From assembly GCA_902555465.1 (NCBI GenBank), contig CACDSN010000004.1:14860-78859 (forward strand): a stretch of DNA of 64,000 bases. The letters run 5' to 3'. The DNA comes from an uncultured Pelagibacteraceae bacterium (lineage in GTDB: Bacteria; Pseudomonadota; Alphaproteobacteria; Pelagibacterales; Pelagibacteraceae). The position numbers and the translations under genes were made by a program. Under the pieces are notes generated by a model. The model did no database searches, was not told where the DNA came from, and saw nothing but the letters and a program-made list of their open reading frames with translations. Numbering within the stretch: the first letter of the stretch is position 1; each line of letters opens with the position of its first letter. Shown piece by piece: positions 27,567 to 38,285 of this stretch.

Positions 27567-29761
27567 TAGTTATTCATATACTCCTTTAACCAATACTTAT
27601 GTGTATTTGCTAATTCTTCAATAGGCAAATTGATATCATCATTAAAATTCATCTGATTTTCTTGGATTACTCCTAAATTATCGTAATGCACGGAATTATT
27701 GTTTAATATTTCAATTACTTTCTGAACATTATCTTTAGGTATTTCAACAATATATCGAGCCTGATCTTCTCCAAAAAAATATTCATATTTATTTGTTAAC
27801 CCTTTTAAATTATTTATTTTTATACCTTTATTACCCAAAATACACATTTTAGATATAGCTGGCAGTATTCCACCTAAAGATACATCATGACAACTGACTA
27901 TCAGTTTTTTATCAATCAAAGCTAAAATAGTTTCACCAATATTTCTTTCATTAAATAAATTAATACTTGGTGGTGGTCCTTTTTTTTCATTTAAAATATC
28001 TTTTGCAAATATACTTTGACCTAGATGGCCTTCAGTTTTTCCAACAACAAAAATGGAATTTTCAATCTTTTTAAAATCCATTGATATCATATTTTTATAA
28101 TCTTTTATTAGTCCCACTCCTCCTATTGCTGGTGTAGGTTTAATACCTATATCTTTAGTTTCATTGTAGAATGAAACATTTCCTGAAACTACTGGAAAAT
28201 CTAAAAACTTACTAGCTTCTGCTATACCTTCCACACATTCAACAAATTCTCCCATATTTTTTTCTTTTTCAGGGTTTCCAAAGTTTAAACAATTAGTAAT
28301 CGCTATTGGTTTTGCTCCCACTGAAATTAAATTTCTCCAACTTTCGCATACAACTTGTTTTCCGCCAGTAAGTGGATGTGAAAAACAATACGATGCTGAT
28401 GAATCTACAGATGCAGCTACTGCTTTTTTAGTTCCATGAACTCTAACAACACCAGCATCACCACCGGGTTTCTGAATTGTATCACCCATCACTGTATGAT
28501 CATATTGGTCCCAAATCCATTTTTTTTCTGAAATATTTGGATTGCTTAAAATCTTTTTTAAACAATCAGATAAATTTAAAGATTTGAAATTATCTTTATT
28601 TAATCTTAGTTTTTGGGGAAGTTTCGTTTTTTTCCACTTTCTTTCATAAACAGGTGCATTTTCTGCTAATAGATTAATTGGAATTTCAGCTACTTTATTA
28701 TTTTCAAAAATTAATTCTATCTTTTTTGTATTTGTAGTTTTTCCAATTACGGCAAAATCCAAATTCCATTTGTCAAAAATCTTTTTTGCATGATTTTCCT
28801 TTCCATTTTCAAGCACTATTAGCATTCTCTCTTGGCTTTCAGAAAGCATTATTTCATATGGAGACATTTTTTGTTCTCTACATGGAACTTTGCTTAAATC
28901 TAATTCAATTCCAAGATTTCCTTTTGATGCCATTTCTACACTTGAAGATGTTAGACCAGCCGCACCCATATCTTGAATTGCTATAATCGAATTATCTGCC
29001 ATTAGCTCCAAGCATGCTTCCAATAATAATTTTTCAGTAAAAGGATCTCCTACTTGAACTGTAGGTTTTTTTTCTTCAATTTTATCATCAAATGTAGCAG
29101 AAGCCATACTGGCACCATGAATACCATCTCTACCAGTTTTTGATCCAACATAAATTACAGGTTTATTTAATCCTGCAGCTTTAGAGTAAAATATTTTATT
29201 TTTATTTACTAATCCTAAGGTCATAGCGTTGACTAATATATTTCCATTGTAAGACTCATCAAAAGAGGTTTGCCCAGCAATAGTAGGAACCCCAATACAA
29301 TTTCCATATCCACCAATCCCCTTGACCACACCCCTTAAAAGATTTTTAGTTTTTTTATGTTGGGGTGAACCAAAGTGAATAGAATTTAAATTTGCAATAG
29401 GTCTAGCTCCCATTGTAAAGACATCTCTCATAATTCCACCTACACCAGTAGCAGCACCTTGATAAGGTTCTATAAATGACGGATGGTTGTGACTTTCTAT
29501 TTTAAAAACAATAGCATCATCATCTCCAATATCAATTACACCAGCATTTTCCCCTGGTCCCTGAATAACTTGTTTCCCTTTAGTGTGTAATTTTTTTAAA
29601 TGTTTCCTTGATGATTTATATGAACAATGTTCATTCCACATTGCTGAAAAGATTGCAAGTTCAGTAATATTAGGTGTACGTTTTAACAATTTACAAATTT
29701 TAGAAAATTCATCTTTTTTTAAACCATGCTCGATTGCAATTTGTTCCGTAACTTGAGTCAT
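27566..29761 (-). CDS. purL: phosphoribosylformylglycinamidine synthase subunit PurL
   Basis: 731 aa with duplicated AIR-synthase-like domains and the SHNHPS motif, in a pur operon context. Confidence 0.95.
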   Translation of the reverse strand: MTQVTEQIAIEHGLKKDEFSKICKLLKRTPNITELAIFSAMWNEHCSYKSSRKHLKKLHTKGKQVIQGPGENAGVIDIGDDDAIVFKIESHNHPSFIEPYQGAATGVGGIMRDVFTMGARPIANLNSIHFGSPQHKKTKNLLRGVVKGIGGYGNCIGVPTIAGQTSFDESYNGNILVNAMTLGLVNKNKIFYSKAAGLNKPVIYVGSKTGRDGIHGASMASATFDDKIEEKKPTVQVGDPFTEKLLLEACLELMADNSIIAIQDMGAAGLTSSSVEMASKGNLGIELDLSKVPCREQKMSPYEIMLSESQERMLIVLENGKENHAKKIFDKWNLDFAVIGKTTNTKKIELIFENNKVAEIPINLLAENAPVYERKWKKTKLPQKLRLNKDNFKSLNLSDCLKKILSNPNISEKKWIWDQYDHTVMGDTIQKPGGDAGVVRVHGTKKAVAASVDSSASYCFSHPLTGGKQVVCESWRNLISVGAKPIAITNCLNFGNPEKEKNMGEFVECVEGIAEASKFLDFPVVSGNVSFYNETKDIGIKPTPAIGGVGLIKDYKNMISMDFKKIENSIFVVGKTEGHLGQSIFAKDILNEKKGPPPSINLFNERNIGETILALIDKKLIVSCHDVSLGGILPAISKMCILGNKGIKINNLKGLTNKYEYFFGEDQARYIVEIPKDNVQKVIEILNNNSVHYDNLGVIQENQMNFNDDINLPIEELANTHKYWLKEYMNN

Positions 29762-30444
29762 TTCATGTTTCCTAAAAGATTTTCAAAGAATAGAGAACCA
29801 TCTTCTCCAGACAAATATTTATCAATCATCCTCTCAGGATGTGGCATCATCCCTAAAACATTTTTATTTTTATTAAATATTCCCGCTATATTTTTGATGG
29901 CTCCATTGGGATTATTTTCATCATTTTCTAAACCTTCAGAATTGCAATAAGTGGCGGCTATTTGATTGTTGTCTTCTAGATTTTTTAACTCATCATCTGT
30001 GCAAAAGAAATTTCCCTCATTATGGGCAATGTGTAATTCTAAAATATCCTTCTTGATGTTTTTGAAAAATTTATTTTTTTTATCCTTAACTTTAACAAAT
30101 ACATTTTTACAAATAAAATTTAGATATTTATTTTGCTGAAGAATTCCAGTTAATAAACCTGTCTCAGTTAATATTTGAAATCCATTACAAATACCTAGCA
30201 CTAATCCTCCAGAATGAGCAAAATCGATTACCGATTTAATAATTTTTGATTTTGATGCAATACTTCCACATCTTAAATAATCTCCATAAGAAAAACCACC
30301 AGGTAATACTATTAAATCACTTTTTGGCATTGATTGATCATTGTGCCAGACCATAGTGTTTTTAAAGCCAAATTTTGTAAGAGCTACATCCATGTCTCTA
30401 TCGCAATTTGAACCTGGAAATATAATTACTGAGGACTTCATCAA
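29758..30444 (-). CDS. purQ: phosphoribosylformylglycinamidine synthase glutaminase subunit PurQ
   Basis: 228 aa class I amidotransferase with nucleophile GICNGFQ and MPHPER. Confidence 0.9.
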   Translation of the reverse strand: MMKSSVIIFPGSNCDRDMDVALTKFGFKNTMVWHNDQSMPKSDLIVLPGGFSYGDYLRCGSIASKSKIIKSVIDFAHSGGLVLGICNGFQILTETGLLTGILQQNKYLNFICKNVFVKVKDKKNKFFKNIKKDILELHIAHNEGNFFCTDDELKNLEDNNQIAATYCNSEGLENDENNPNGAIKNIAGIFNKNKNVLGMMPHPERMIDKYLSGEDGSLFFENLLGNMK

Positions 30445-30447
30445 AGA

Positions 30448-30681
30448 TTAAATGATTTTATAATCCTCAATGACTAGATTTGCTAAAAGTTTTTTACACA
30501 TTTCTTCAACTTGCCTTTTAGCATTTTCTTCATTATTCTCGTTTACATTTATTTCAAAAAACTTACCTTGTCTTACTTCCTCGACGTTTGAAAAATTCAT
30601 TCCATTTAAGGTTTGTTGAATTGCTTTACCTTGTGGGTCTAAGACACCATTTTTTAAAGTGACTATTACTTTAATTTTCAT
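30448..30681 (-). CDS. purS: phosphoribosylformylglycinamidine synthase subunit PurS
   Basis: 77 aa. Contains LK.GVLDPQG, and its position between purC and purQ fits. Confidence 0.85.
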   Translation of the reverse strand: MKIKVIVTLKNGVLDPQGKAIQQTLNGMNFSNVEEVRQGKFFEINVNENNEENAKRQVEEMCKKLLANLVIEDYKII

Positions 30682-31463
30682 TATTTTTTCTTAATTTTAA
30701 CTGCAGTAGGTTTGAGAAATTTGATTGGTCTTACATTGTTTATCTGTTCATGAAGAATTCCCAACCTTCTTGCAACCTCTTGGTAAGCCTCAACAACATC
30801 TCCTAGATCTTTTCGAAATCTATCTTTATCTAATTTTTTATCTGTATTAGCATCCCACAATCTACAAGTATCAGGACTAATTTCATCAGCTAGTATAATT
30901 TTTCCATCAGATTTTCTTTTTCCAAATTCAAGTTTGAAATCAACCAATTTTATTCCAACACCTTTAAACATACCTTGTAAAAAATCGTTAATTCTTAAGC
31001 ACTGCTCAGTTATATAATCTAATTCAATAACTGATGCCCACTCAAATGCATAAATGTGTTCTCTTGCAATTAATGGGTCGCCTAATTCATCATTCTTATA
31101 ACAAAATTCTATTAATGGATTGTTTAGTTTAGTTCCATCTTCTATGCCTAATCGTTTTGTCAAGGATCCGGTGACAATGTTTCTTACCACAAATTCTATT
31201 GGTATGATGTCAACTAAATCAATTAATTGTTCTCTCATATTAAGACGTTTAATTAAATGATTTTCTATACCAGCATCTTTTAATGCAGATAAGATATGTT
31301 CTGAAATTCTATTATTTAATATTCCTTTGCCTTCGATATTTGCTTTTTTTAGATTATTGAATGCAGTTGCATCATCTTTGAAATGTTGAATAACTTGATT
31401 CTTGTCAGCAGAAGCAAATATAATTTTTGCTTTTCCTTCGTAAAGCTTTTTACCTTTTTTCAT
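30681..31463 (-). CDS. purC: phosphoribosylaminoimidazole-succinocarboxamide (SAICAR) synthase
   Basis: 260 aa with [16 protein letters not shown] and LADEISPD motifs. Confidence 0.9.
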   Translation of the reverse strand: MKKGKKLYEGKAKIIFASADKNQVIQHFKDDATAFNNLKKANIEGKGILNNRISEHILSALKDAGIENHLIKRLNMREQLIDLVDIIPIEFVVRNIVTGSLTKRLGIEDGTKLNNPLIEFCYKNDELGDPLIAREHIYAFEWASVIELDYITEQCLRINDFLQGMFKGVGIKLVDFKLEFGKRKSDGKIILADEISPDTCRLWDANTDKKLDKDRFRKDLGDVVEAYQEVARRLGILHEQINNVRPIKFLKPTAVKIKKK

Positions 31464-32755
31464 TATTTAAAAACTCTATTAAAAATAAAATTAACATTTT
31501 TAAAGTGTCCTGAGTAATTAAAAATTGATCTTAATTTCCTTTCACTAATAACACTCATAATTTTCTTATCTTTAGATATTAAATCAAATAAATTTTTATT
31601 TTCAGAGAAACATCTTTTTGCATAAGTTTGTACAATTTTGTAGGATTTTTCTCTAGTTATTCCAGCTTTTGTAAGCTCCAACATGACTTCTTGGGAAAAT
31701 ATCAACCCTTTTGTTAAATTTAGGTTTTGAGTCATTTTTTTTGGGTAAACAATCATCTTATCTAATAGATTAGCTAGTCTTACTAATGCAAAATCCAATG
31801 TAATATTAGCATCTGGTCCGATGTTTCTCTCCACGCTAGAGTGAGATATATCTCTCTCGTGCCACAAGGCTATATTTTCAAGTGCTGGAATAGTATGACT
31901 TCTCACTATTCTGGCGAGTCCAGTTAGATTTTCACTTAATATTGGATTCTTTTTATGCGGCATTGCTGAAGAACCTTTTTGATCTTTTGAAAAAAATTCT
32001 TGTAATTCATAAACTTCTGATCTTTGTAAATGTCTTATTTCTGTTGCAATTCTTTCAATACTTCCTGCTATAATGCCCAAAACTGAGAAATAATGCGCAT
32101 GTCTATCTCTAGGTATTATTTGAGTAGAAATTGGCTCTGGATATAATTTCATTTTTTTTGCAACATAACTTTCAATTTTAGGATCAATATTTGCAAAAGT
32201 TCCAACTGCGCCTGATATTGCACATGTAGAAATATCAAAAATTGCACTAGAAAGTCTTTTCTTGTTTCTTTTAAATTCCTCATAGAATGAAGCAAGCTTT
32301 AAACCAAAAGTAATTGGTTCTGCGTGAATTCCATGGCTTCTACCTATGCAAGGTGTAAATTTGTGTTTCTTAGCTTGTTTTTTTAAAACAGATAATATTT
32401 TATCAATATCTTTTAATAAAATTTCTCCAGATTGTTTTAGTTGAACATTGAATGCGGTATCCAGAACATCAGAAGAGGTCATACCTTGATGAAGGTATCT
32501 TGCTTTAATACCAGCTTGTTCAGTAATTGAAGTTAAAAATGCTATTACATCATGTTTTACTTTTGCTTCAATATCATGAATCCGTTTAACCTTTATTTTT
32601 GCTTTTCTTCTTACTACCGATGCAACACCTTTTGGTATAAATTTATATTTTTCCATTGCTTGAGCTGCAGCAATTTCAATATCTAGCCAAATTTTATATT
32701 TATTTTCTTCAGACCAAATGGCTTTAAGTTCTTTTCTTGAATATCTATCAATCAT
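31463..32755 (-). CDS. purB: adenylosuccinate lyase
   Basis: 430 aa with the fumarate-lyase signature [11 protein letters not shown]. Confidence 0.95.
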   Translation of the reverse strand: MIDRYSRKELKAIWSEENKYKIWLDIEIAAAQAMEKYKFIPKGVASVVRRKAKIKVKRIHDIEAKVKHDVIAFLTSITEQAGIKARYLHQGMTSSDVLDTAFNVQLKQSGEILLKDIDKILSVLKKQAKKHKFTPCIGRSHGIHAEPITFGLKLASFYEEFKRNKKRLSSAIFDISTCAISGAVGTFANIDPKIESYVAKKMKLYPEPISTQIIPRDRHAHYFSVLGIIAGSIERIATEIRHLQRSEVYELQEFFSKDQKGSSAMPHKKNPILSENLTGLARIVRSHTIPALENIALWHERDISHSSVERNIGPDANITLDFALVRLANLLDKMIVYPKKMTQNLNLTKGLIFSQEVMLELTKAGITREKSYKIVQTYAKRCFSENKNLFDLISKDKKIMSVISERKLRSIFNYSGHFKNVNFIFNRVFK

Positions 32756-32757
32756 TA

Positions 32758-33531
32758 TTAATAGGGGGGTTTATTATATCCTTTAACAGATTCTGTGAAA
32801 ATTTCATATCCATTTTCAGTAATTCCAACAGTATGTTCAAATTGTGCAGATAAAGACTTGTCTTTAGTCACGGCTGTCCACCCATCATTTAAAATTTTAA
32901 CATCATATTTTCCTGCATTTATCATTGGTTCAATTGTAAAAGTCATGCCAGGGTAAATTTTTAAACCAGTATTTTTTTTTCCATAATGTAAAATATTGGG
33001 AGATTCATGGAATGTGTTGCTAATTCCATGACCACAGAAATCTCTAACCACTGAATAACCTTTATTCTCAACAAAAGTTTGTATCTCATTACCTATGTCA
33101 CCTAACTTAATGCCAGGTTTTAAAATTTTTATTGCATTCATCATTGAGTCGTATGTAGCATTAATCAAATTGCTCGCCTTTACAGATGCATTTCCTATCG
33201 TAAACATTCTACTTGTATCTCCGTAATATTCATTAACAACTGCAGTAACATCTACATTTACTACATCGCCATCTTCTAAAATACGATCAGACGGAATTCC
33301 ATGACAAACAACATGATTTAAAGAAGTACAAAGAGATTTCTTAAATCCTCTGTAATACTGAGGTGCTGAATAACCACCATTATCTTTTATAAAATCGAAA
33401 GCCAATAGATCTATTTTACTTGTAGAAATTCCTGGTTTTATGAAATCAGTTAACATATCCAATGTTCTTGACGCAAGATTTCCTGCAATTCTCATTTTTT
33501 CAAATTTTTCTTTATATTTAGTCATGAACAA
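32758..33531 (-). CDS. map: type I methionine aminopeptidase
   Basis: 257 aa pita-bread fold with metal ligands (DVVNVDV, GHGIS, FTIEP, EHT). Confidence 0.95.
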   Translation of the reverse strand: MFMTKYKEKFEKMRIAGNLASRTLDMLTDFIKPGISTSKIDLLAFDFIKDNGGYSAPQYYRGFKKSLCTSLNHVVCHGIPSDRILEDGDVVNVDVTAVVNEYYGDTSRMFTIGNASVKASNLINATYDSMMNAIKILKPGIKLGDIGNEIQTFVENKGYSVVRDFCGHGISNTFHESPNILHYGKKNTGLKIYPGMTFTIEPMINAGKYDVKILNDGWTAVTKDKSLSAQFEHTVGITENGYEIFTESVKGYNKPPY

Positions 33532-34204
33532 TTTTTATTTTTTTTTCTATAACAATTTCTTTTGAATTTAATTTGCATCTATACGCAATAAATTTTAAGC
33601 CTTTTTTATTAGCTTCAATAAAATTGTTATAATAATCCGAATCTATATCTTTTGCTATTCTAAATTTAGAAATTTTTTCAATTTGTATTAAAAATAAAAC
33701 ATATGGTTTAAAACCATGCTTAATTGACTCAGTTAATTTTTTAAGGTGTTTTGATCCTCTAGAAGTCACAGAATCTGGGAATTCTGCTACATTGCCATTT
33801 CTATTAAGAGTCACGTTTTTTACCTCAATTAAATATTTATCACATAAAAAATCGAACCTGGTGTCTTCAGAATATTTAAACTCTGCTTTGATATTTTTTA
33901 TTGAGGAAAATTCTTTTAATAATTTATTTTGCAAACCATGCTCTACTATACGATTTGCTCTATGAGTATTTACACCAACCATTTTCTTTTTCGATTTAAT
34001 CATTTCTAGTGTAAATTTTAACTTTCTTTTTGGGTCATCTGCTTTAGAAATCCAAACATCATTGCCTTTGTTAAGTAAACCAAGCATTGATCCTGTGTTG
34101 GGGCAGTGACTTAAGACAACTTTATTATTTACTTCAATATCTGCAAAAAATCTTTTATATCTTTTAATTAATTTGCCTTTAATTAAACTGCTGGTAAATT
34201 TCAT
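33518..34204 (-). CDS. sfsA: SfsA-family (sugar fermentation stimulation) nuclease-like DNA-binding protein
   Basis: 228 aa. KRYKRFFADI, CPNTGSM and EVK.VTL motifs are typical of SfsA. Confidence 0.85.
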   Translation of the reverse strand: MKFTSSLIKGKLIKRYKRFFADIEVNNKVVLSHCPNTGSMLGLLNKGNDVWISKADDPKRKLKFTLEMIKSKKKMVGVNTHRANRIVEHGLQNKLLKEFSSIKNIKAEFKYSEDTRFDFLCDKYLIEVKNVTLNRNGNVAEFPDSVTSRGSKHLKKLTESIKHGFKPYVLFLIQIEKISKFRIAKDIDSDYYNNFIEANKKGLKFIAYRCKLNSKEIVIEKKIKIVHD

Positions 34205-34226
34205 TTTAATTTATTTATAATAAGAA

Positions 34227-34979
34227 ATGACAAATAAGAAAGAAATAAGTGCTGGAATTATAATAATTGGTAATGAAGTTTTATCAGGAAGAACAAAGGA
34301 TATTAATACTAGTACTTTAGCTAAGTGGTTAAATAAACTAGGTATTGAAGTGAAGGAAGTGAGAATAGTTCCTGATGATGAAATTGCAATAATTCACACA
34401 GTAAATTTCTTAAGAGAAAGATTTAACTATATTTTTACGACAGGAGGTATCGGACCAACACATGACGATATTACAGCAGAATCAATTTCAAAAGCTTTCA
34501 AATTAGATTATGGTTTTCACAAAGAAGCTTTTTCAATTCTGGAAAAATATTATAAACCTGGAGAATTCAATGAGGGAAGACAAAAAATGGCTAAGATGCC
34601 AACTACAGCAAAGTTAATTTTAAATCCGACAAGTGGCGCTCCTGGATTTTATGTACAGAATGTATTTTGCTTACCTGGAGTTCCATCTATCCTTCAATCA
34701 ATGATCGGTGGTTTAAATAACATTTTAACGGGTGGAGATCCCATTTTAAATAAAACCATTAACTTAAGAACGGTTGAAAGCGAAATAGCAAAGTCTATCA
34801 CTGAAATTCAAAAAAATAATATTGATGTTGAGATTGGCAGCTATCCCTTTTTCAGAGCAGGAAAACTTGGAGTATCAATAGTTGTTAGATCACCAAATAA
34901 AGAGAAAATTGACGTCTGTGAAGCAGAAATATTACAATTTGTAAAATCTAAAGGTATAGAAATTGTTGAGGATGTTTAA
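34227..34979 (+). CDS. CinA-like molybdopterin-binding (MoCF_biosynth) domain protein
   Basis: 250 aa with IIIIGNEVLSGRTKDIN and TTGGIGPTHDDIT motifs. Confidence 0.75.
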   Translation: MTNKKEISAGIIIIGNEVLSGRTKDINTSTLAKWLNKLGIEVKEVRIVPDDEIAIIHTVNFLRERFNYIFTTGGIGPTHDDITAESISKAFKLDYGFHKEAFSILEKYYKPGEFNEGRQKMAKMPTTAKLILNPTSGAPGFYVQNVFCLPGVPSILQSMIGGLNNILTGGDPILNKTINLRTVESEIAKSITEIQKNNIDVEIGSYPFFRAGKLGVSIVVRSPNKEKIDVCEAEILQFVKSKGIEIVEDV

Positions 34980-35386
34980 TGCTATATTTTGCTTACGGTA
35001 GTAATTTAAATCACTTTCAAATGAAAAGAAGATGTAAAGACTCTTTTTTCTTAAAAAAATATGAACTTAAAAACTATAAACTAAATTTTAGAAGCAAGTA
35101 TAGAGCTGCAGATATTGAAAGAAAAAAAAACTCAATAGTACCAGGTGGATTATTTGAAATTTCAAAAAGTGACGAGAAAAAATTAGACATCTATGAAGAT
35201 TATCCGACTTTGTATTCAAAAATTTATTTTAAATATTACAACAAAAAAGTTATGACATATATAATGAATAAGAAAACAAAGTTTAGATATCCAACTGAAA
35301 GATATTTAAATGTTATAAAACAGGGATATAAAGATTGTGATTTAGATAAATCATATTTAATTAAAGCATTAAATCCAATTAAGTAA
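34979..35386 (+). CDS. gamma-glutamylcyclotransferase-like (AIG2/GGACT family) protein
   Basis: 135 aa. N-terminal YFAYGSNL motif and a conserved Glu in LDIYEDYP. Confidence 0.7.
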   Translation: MLYFAYGSNLNHFQMKRRCKDSFFLKKYELKNYKLNFRSKYRAADIERKKNSIVPGGLFEISKSDEKKLDIYEDYPTLYSKIYFKYYNKKVMTYIMNKKTKFRYPTERYLNVIKQGYKDCDLDKSYLIKALNPIK

Positions 35387-36076
35387 ATGTACAGTAAATA
35401 TAATACTTTTTTTAAAGGTGTAGCAGATGTTTTGCCTTTAATGATACCAGTTGTACCATTTGGTATTATTTTTGGCGCAATTGGTATTGAATTAGGATTT
35501 GGTCCATATGTAACATTTGCAACATCTATAATTATTTTTAGTGGTGCAAGTCAAATTGTAATTATACAATTATTATCTGCAGGCGCATCATCAATTGTAG
35601 CAATTACATCATCATCAGTTGTTAGCACTAGGCATTTATTATATGGAGCAGTTTTAAATCAATATTTATTTCATCTTTCAATTTATTGGAAGATAGGATT
35701 ATCCTATTTGCTTACAGATCAAGCTTTTGCTGTTTCAAACGAATATTTTATAAAAAATAATGATAATAATTTTAAACATTACCATCTAGTTGGATCCGGT
35801 TTGACATTATGGATTATTTGGCAGGTTACTACAATTTTAGGAATATTTTTGGGATCAATCGTTCCAGAAGAGCTTGGTCTAACTTTTACAATACCTTTAA
35901 CTTTTTTAGCTTTATTAGTTAATTATCTTAGAAAAATTGATCACTTGATTGTAATAATTTTATCTGGAACATCATCAATTTTATTTTTTGATATTCCATT
36001 TAAGGCATACATAATTATAGCAAGCATGATCGCATTGTTTGGTGCAGCAATTTTAATTAAATTTAATAAACGATGA
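35387..36076 (+). CDS. azlC: AzlC-family branched-chain amino acid exporter subunit
   Basis: 229 aa polytopic membrane protein with an AzlC-like pattern (FGIIFGA..., SGASQ). It is followed by an overlapping azlD-like gene. Confidence 0.8.
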   Translation: MYSKYNTFFKGVADVLPLMIPVVPFGIIFGAIGIELGFGPYVTFATSIIIFSGASQIVIIQLLSAGASSIVAITSSSVVSTRHLLYGAVLNQYLFHLSIYWKIGLSYLLTDQAFAVSNEYFIKNNDNNFKHYHLVGSGLTLWIIWQVTTILGIFLGSIVPEELGLTFTIPLTFLALLVNYLRKIDHLIVIILSGTSSILFFDIPFKAYIIIASMIALFGAAILIKFNKR

Positions 36077-36390
36077 GTATTTGGATTCCTATAATTTTAG
36101 CAGGTTTAATAAACTATTTAACAAGATTGGGATCAATACTTATTATCAACCCTAATAAAATGAATGCCACAACCAAACAAATTTTAAATTATGTACCCTC
36201 AGCAGTATTTCCAGCAATAATATTTCCATCTGTTTTTTTAGATCAAGATTCAAATATTATTCATTTTACAGATCCTAAGATAATAGCATTTTCTGTAGCT
36301 TTTTTAGTTGGAATTTTTACTAAGAATTTAATTGTAACAATTTTTTCTGGCTTACTTACATTTTGGTTTATAATTTTTTTTATAACCTAG
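36073..36390 (+). CDS. azlD: AzlD-family small membrane protein
   Basis: 105 aa with 3-4 helices. It overlaps azlC by 4 nt, the classical azlCD pairing. Confidence 0.7.
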   Translation: MSIWIPIILAGLINYLTRLGSILIINPNKMNATTKQILNYVPSAVFPAIIFPSVFLDQDSNIIHFTDPKIIAFSVAFLVGIFTKNLIVTIFSGLLTFWFIIFFIT

Positions 36391-36986
36391 TAAATTTTAA
36401 ATATTTTTAATGATCTATCATTGCTTGCAACCAAGGAATATAAAATTTTATAATTTTTTGGAAATTTAAATTTCTTTAAATTCACAGTAATTAAGTACTT
36501 CTTATCTAGTTTAATTTTATTTAATTTATTTAAAAACTTTATTAAATCATTTTTTTGTTTAAAAGGGTCAATCAAAATATAACAATTAGATTTAAGTTTG
36601 CTTAAATCAAATTTAAATACATCTGCACAATACAATTTTACTTTTGCACTTTTTTTCTTTACTGATGATCGAAAAACTTCCTTGTCATATTCTATCCCGT
36701 AAGATCTTATATTATTTTTTTTACTCAAGAAATTAACTACCCTTCCATATCCAGAGCCTATATCAACAAAAGATTTAATATTTTCTTTTTTAAGAAATTT
36801 TGAGATTTCATGTAGAAAAAAATATACACATGGAACTGTATCTGTTCTTTTAGAATTATTATGAACTTTAATTTTTGGTAAAAATTCATAGAATTTTGCA
36901 GAATAAATAATTTCAAAAAAAAGAACTTTCAAAAAAATTCTATGGTAAGCTCTTACAAAGTTAAAAAAATAATTACTTTTATTCAT
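36387..36986 (-). CDS. class I SAM-dependent methyltransferase (divergent from the glycan cluster)
   Basis: 199 aa with SAM motif I FVDIGSGYGRV and an acidic residue after beta-2 (YGIEYD). It shares a CTAG stop overlap with azlD. Confidence 0.55.
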   Translation of the reverse strand: MNKSNYFFNFVRAYHRIFLKVLFFEIIYSAKFYEFLPKIKVHNNSKRTDTVPCVYFFLHEISKFLKKENIKSFVDIGSGYGRVVNFLSKKNNIRSYGIEYDKEVFRSSVKKKSAKVKLYCADVFKFDLSKLKSNCYILIDPFKQKNDLIKFLNKLNKIKLDKKYLITVNLKKFKFPKNYKILYSLVASNDRSLKIFKIY

Positions 36987-37064
36987 ATAATTTGATTTTA
37001 ATGTAGAGTATTAAACAAAAATGTGTATCTTGTCTGGAAAATTTTATATAATAAATAAGTATTG

Positions 37065-38276
37065 ATGAAAATCCCAAAAACAATAAAAATCAAGCGTTGT
37101 AGGCTTTGTAAAAATAAAAAACTAAAGCAAATTTATAATTTTGGAAATCATTATGTCAGCAACTTTGTTAAAAAGTCATCGATAAAAAAAGGTGTCAAAG
37201 CTCCTCTTAATCTTGTTTATTGTAAAAAATGCCAACTTCTTCAATTAGAACATTCTGCCCCTCAAGAAATAATGTACAAAAAACATTACTGGTACAAATC
37301 TGGAATTACAAAAACAATGAGAGATGGTCTCAAAGAGTTGTACATTGATATAAAAAAAAATTGCAAAATAAAATCAGGAGATGTTATTTTGGACATTGGT
37401 GCCAATGATGGAACTCTTTTAAAATATTTTAAAAAGGATCGAATAATTACAATTGGTTGTGAGCCTGCTAAAAATTTAAAAGATGAGTTAAAGAAAAATT
37501 GTCATTATATGATTAATGATTTTTGGCATACTAAACATTTAAAAAAAATTCCTTTAAAATATCAAAAACTAAAAGTTGTATCCGCCATTGGTATGTTTTA
37601 TGACTTAGAGGACCCCTCTGAATTTATTAAACATGCAGCTGAGGCATTGGATGATGATGGTATTTTTGTTGCACAATTAATGTGTTCACATTCTATGTTC
37701 AAAACAAATGATTTAGGCAACATTTGTCATGAACATTTAGAATATTATTCTTACAACTCATTAAAATATTTATTTGAAAAAAATGGCTTAAAAATTTTTA
37801 AAATGAGTGAAAACAAAATTAATGGAGGGTCTTATAGAATATATTGTAAAAAAAATATTAAGAAGTCTATAAAATATAAAGAAAAAGCTAATTACAGTGA
37901 AATAATTAAATTTGTAAAAAGGGTAAAAAGAAATAAGCAAACAACCTTAAAAATTTTTAAACAAAGCAAAAAACAAGGAAAAAAGATCTTTCTTTATGGT
38001 GCATCAACTAAAGGAAATACTCTTTTACAATATTATGGATTAACGAATAAAGAAATTCCATTTGCTTCTGAAAGAACAAAAACTAAATGGGGAAAATATA
38101 CTATTGGATCTGGTGTAAAAATATTATCAGAGGAAAATGCAAGAAAACTAAATCCTGATTATTTCTTCGTTATGCCCTATGGATTTATTAATGAATTCAT
38201 CGAACGAGAAAAAAAATGGCTTAAAAACGGAGGAAAGTTTATATTACCATATCCAAAGTTTAAAATATTAAGATAG
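37065..38276 (+). CDS. NDP-hexose C-methyltransferase (TylCIII/EryBIII-like; Zn-ribbon + SAM MTase + C-methyltransferase C-terminal domain)
   Basis: N-terminal 4-Cys ribbon (CRLC...CKKC), SAM motif ILDIGANDGTLL, and a C-terminal Rossmann-like domain (IFLYGASTKGNTLLQY). This matches the Methyltransf_13/_14 architecture. The track start is a TTG at 37062. Confidence 0.75.
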   Translation: MKIPKTIKIKRCRLCKNKKLKQIYNFGNHYVSNFVKKSSIKKGVKAPLNLVYCKKCQLLQLEHSAPQEIMYKKHYWYKSGITKTMRDGLKELYIDIKKNCKIKSGDVILDIGANDGTLLKYFKKDRIITIGCEPAKNLKDELKKNCHYMINDFWHTKHLKKIPLKYQKLKVVSAIGMFYDLEDPSEFIKHAAEALDDDGIFVAQLMCSHSMFKTNDLGNICHEHLEYYSYNSLKYLFEKNGLKIFKMSENKINGGSYRIYCKKNIKKSIKYKEKANYSEIIKFVKRVKRNKQTTLKIFKQSKKQGKKIFLYGASTKGNTLLQYYGLTNKEIPFASERTKTKWGKYTIGSGVKILSEENARKLNPDYFFVMPYGFINEFIEREKKWLKNGGKFILPYPKFKILR

Positions 38277-38285
38277 AATTAAAAA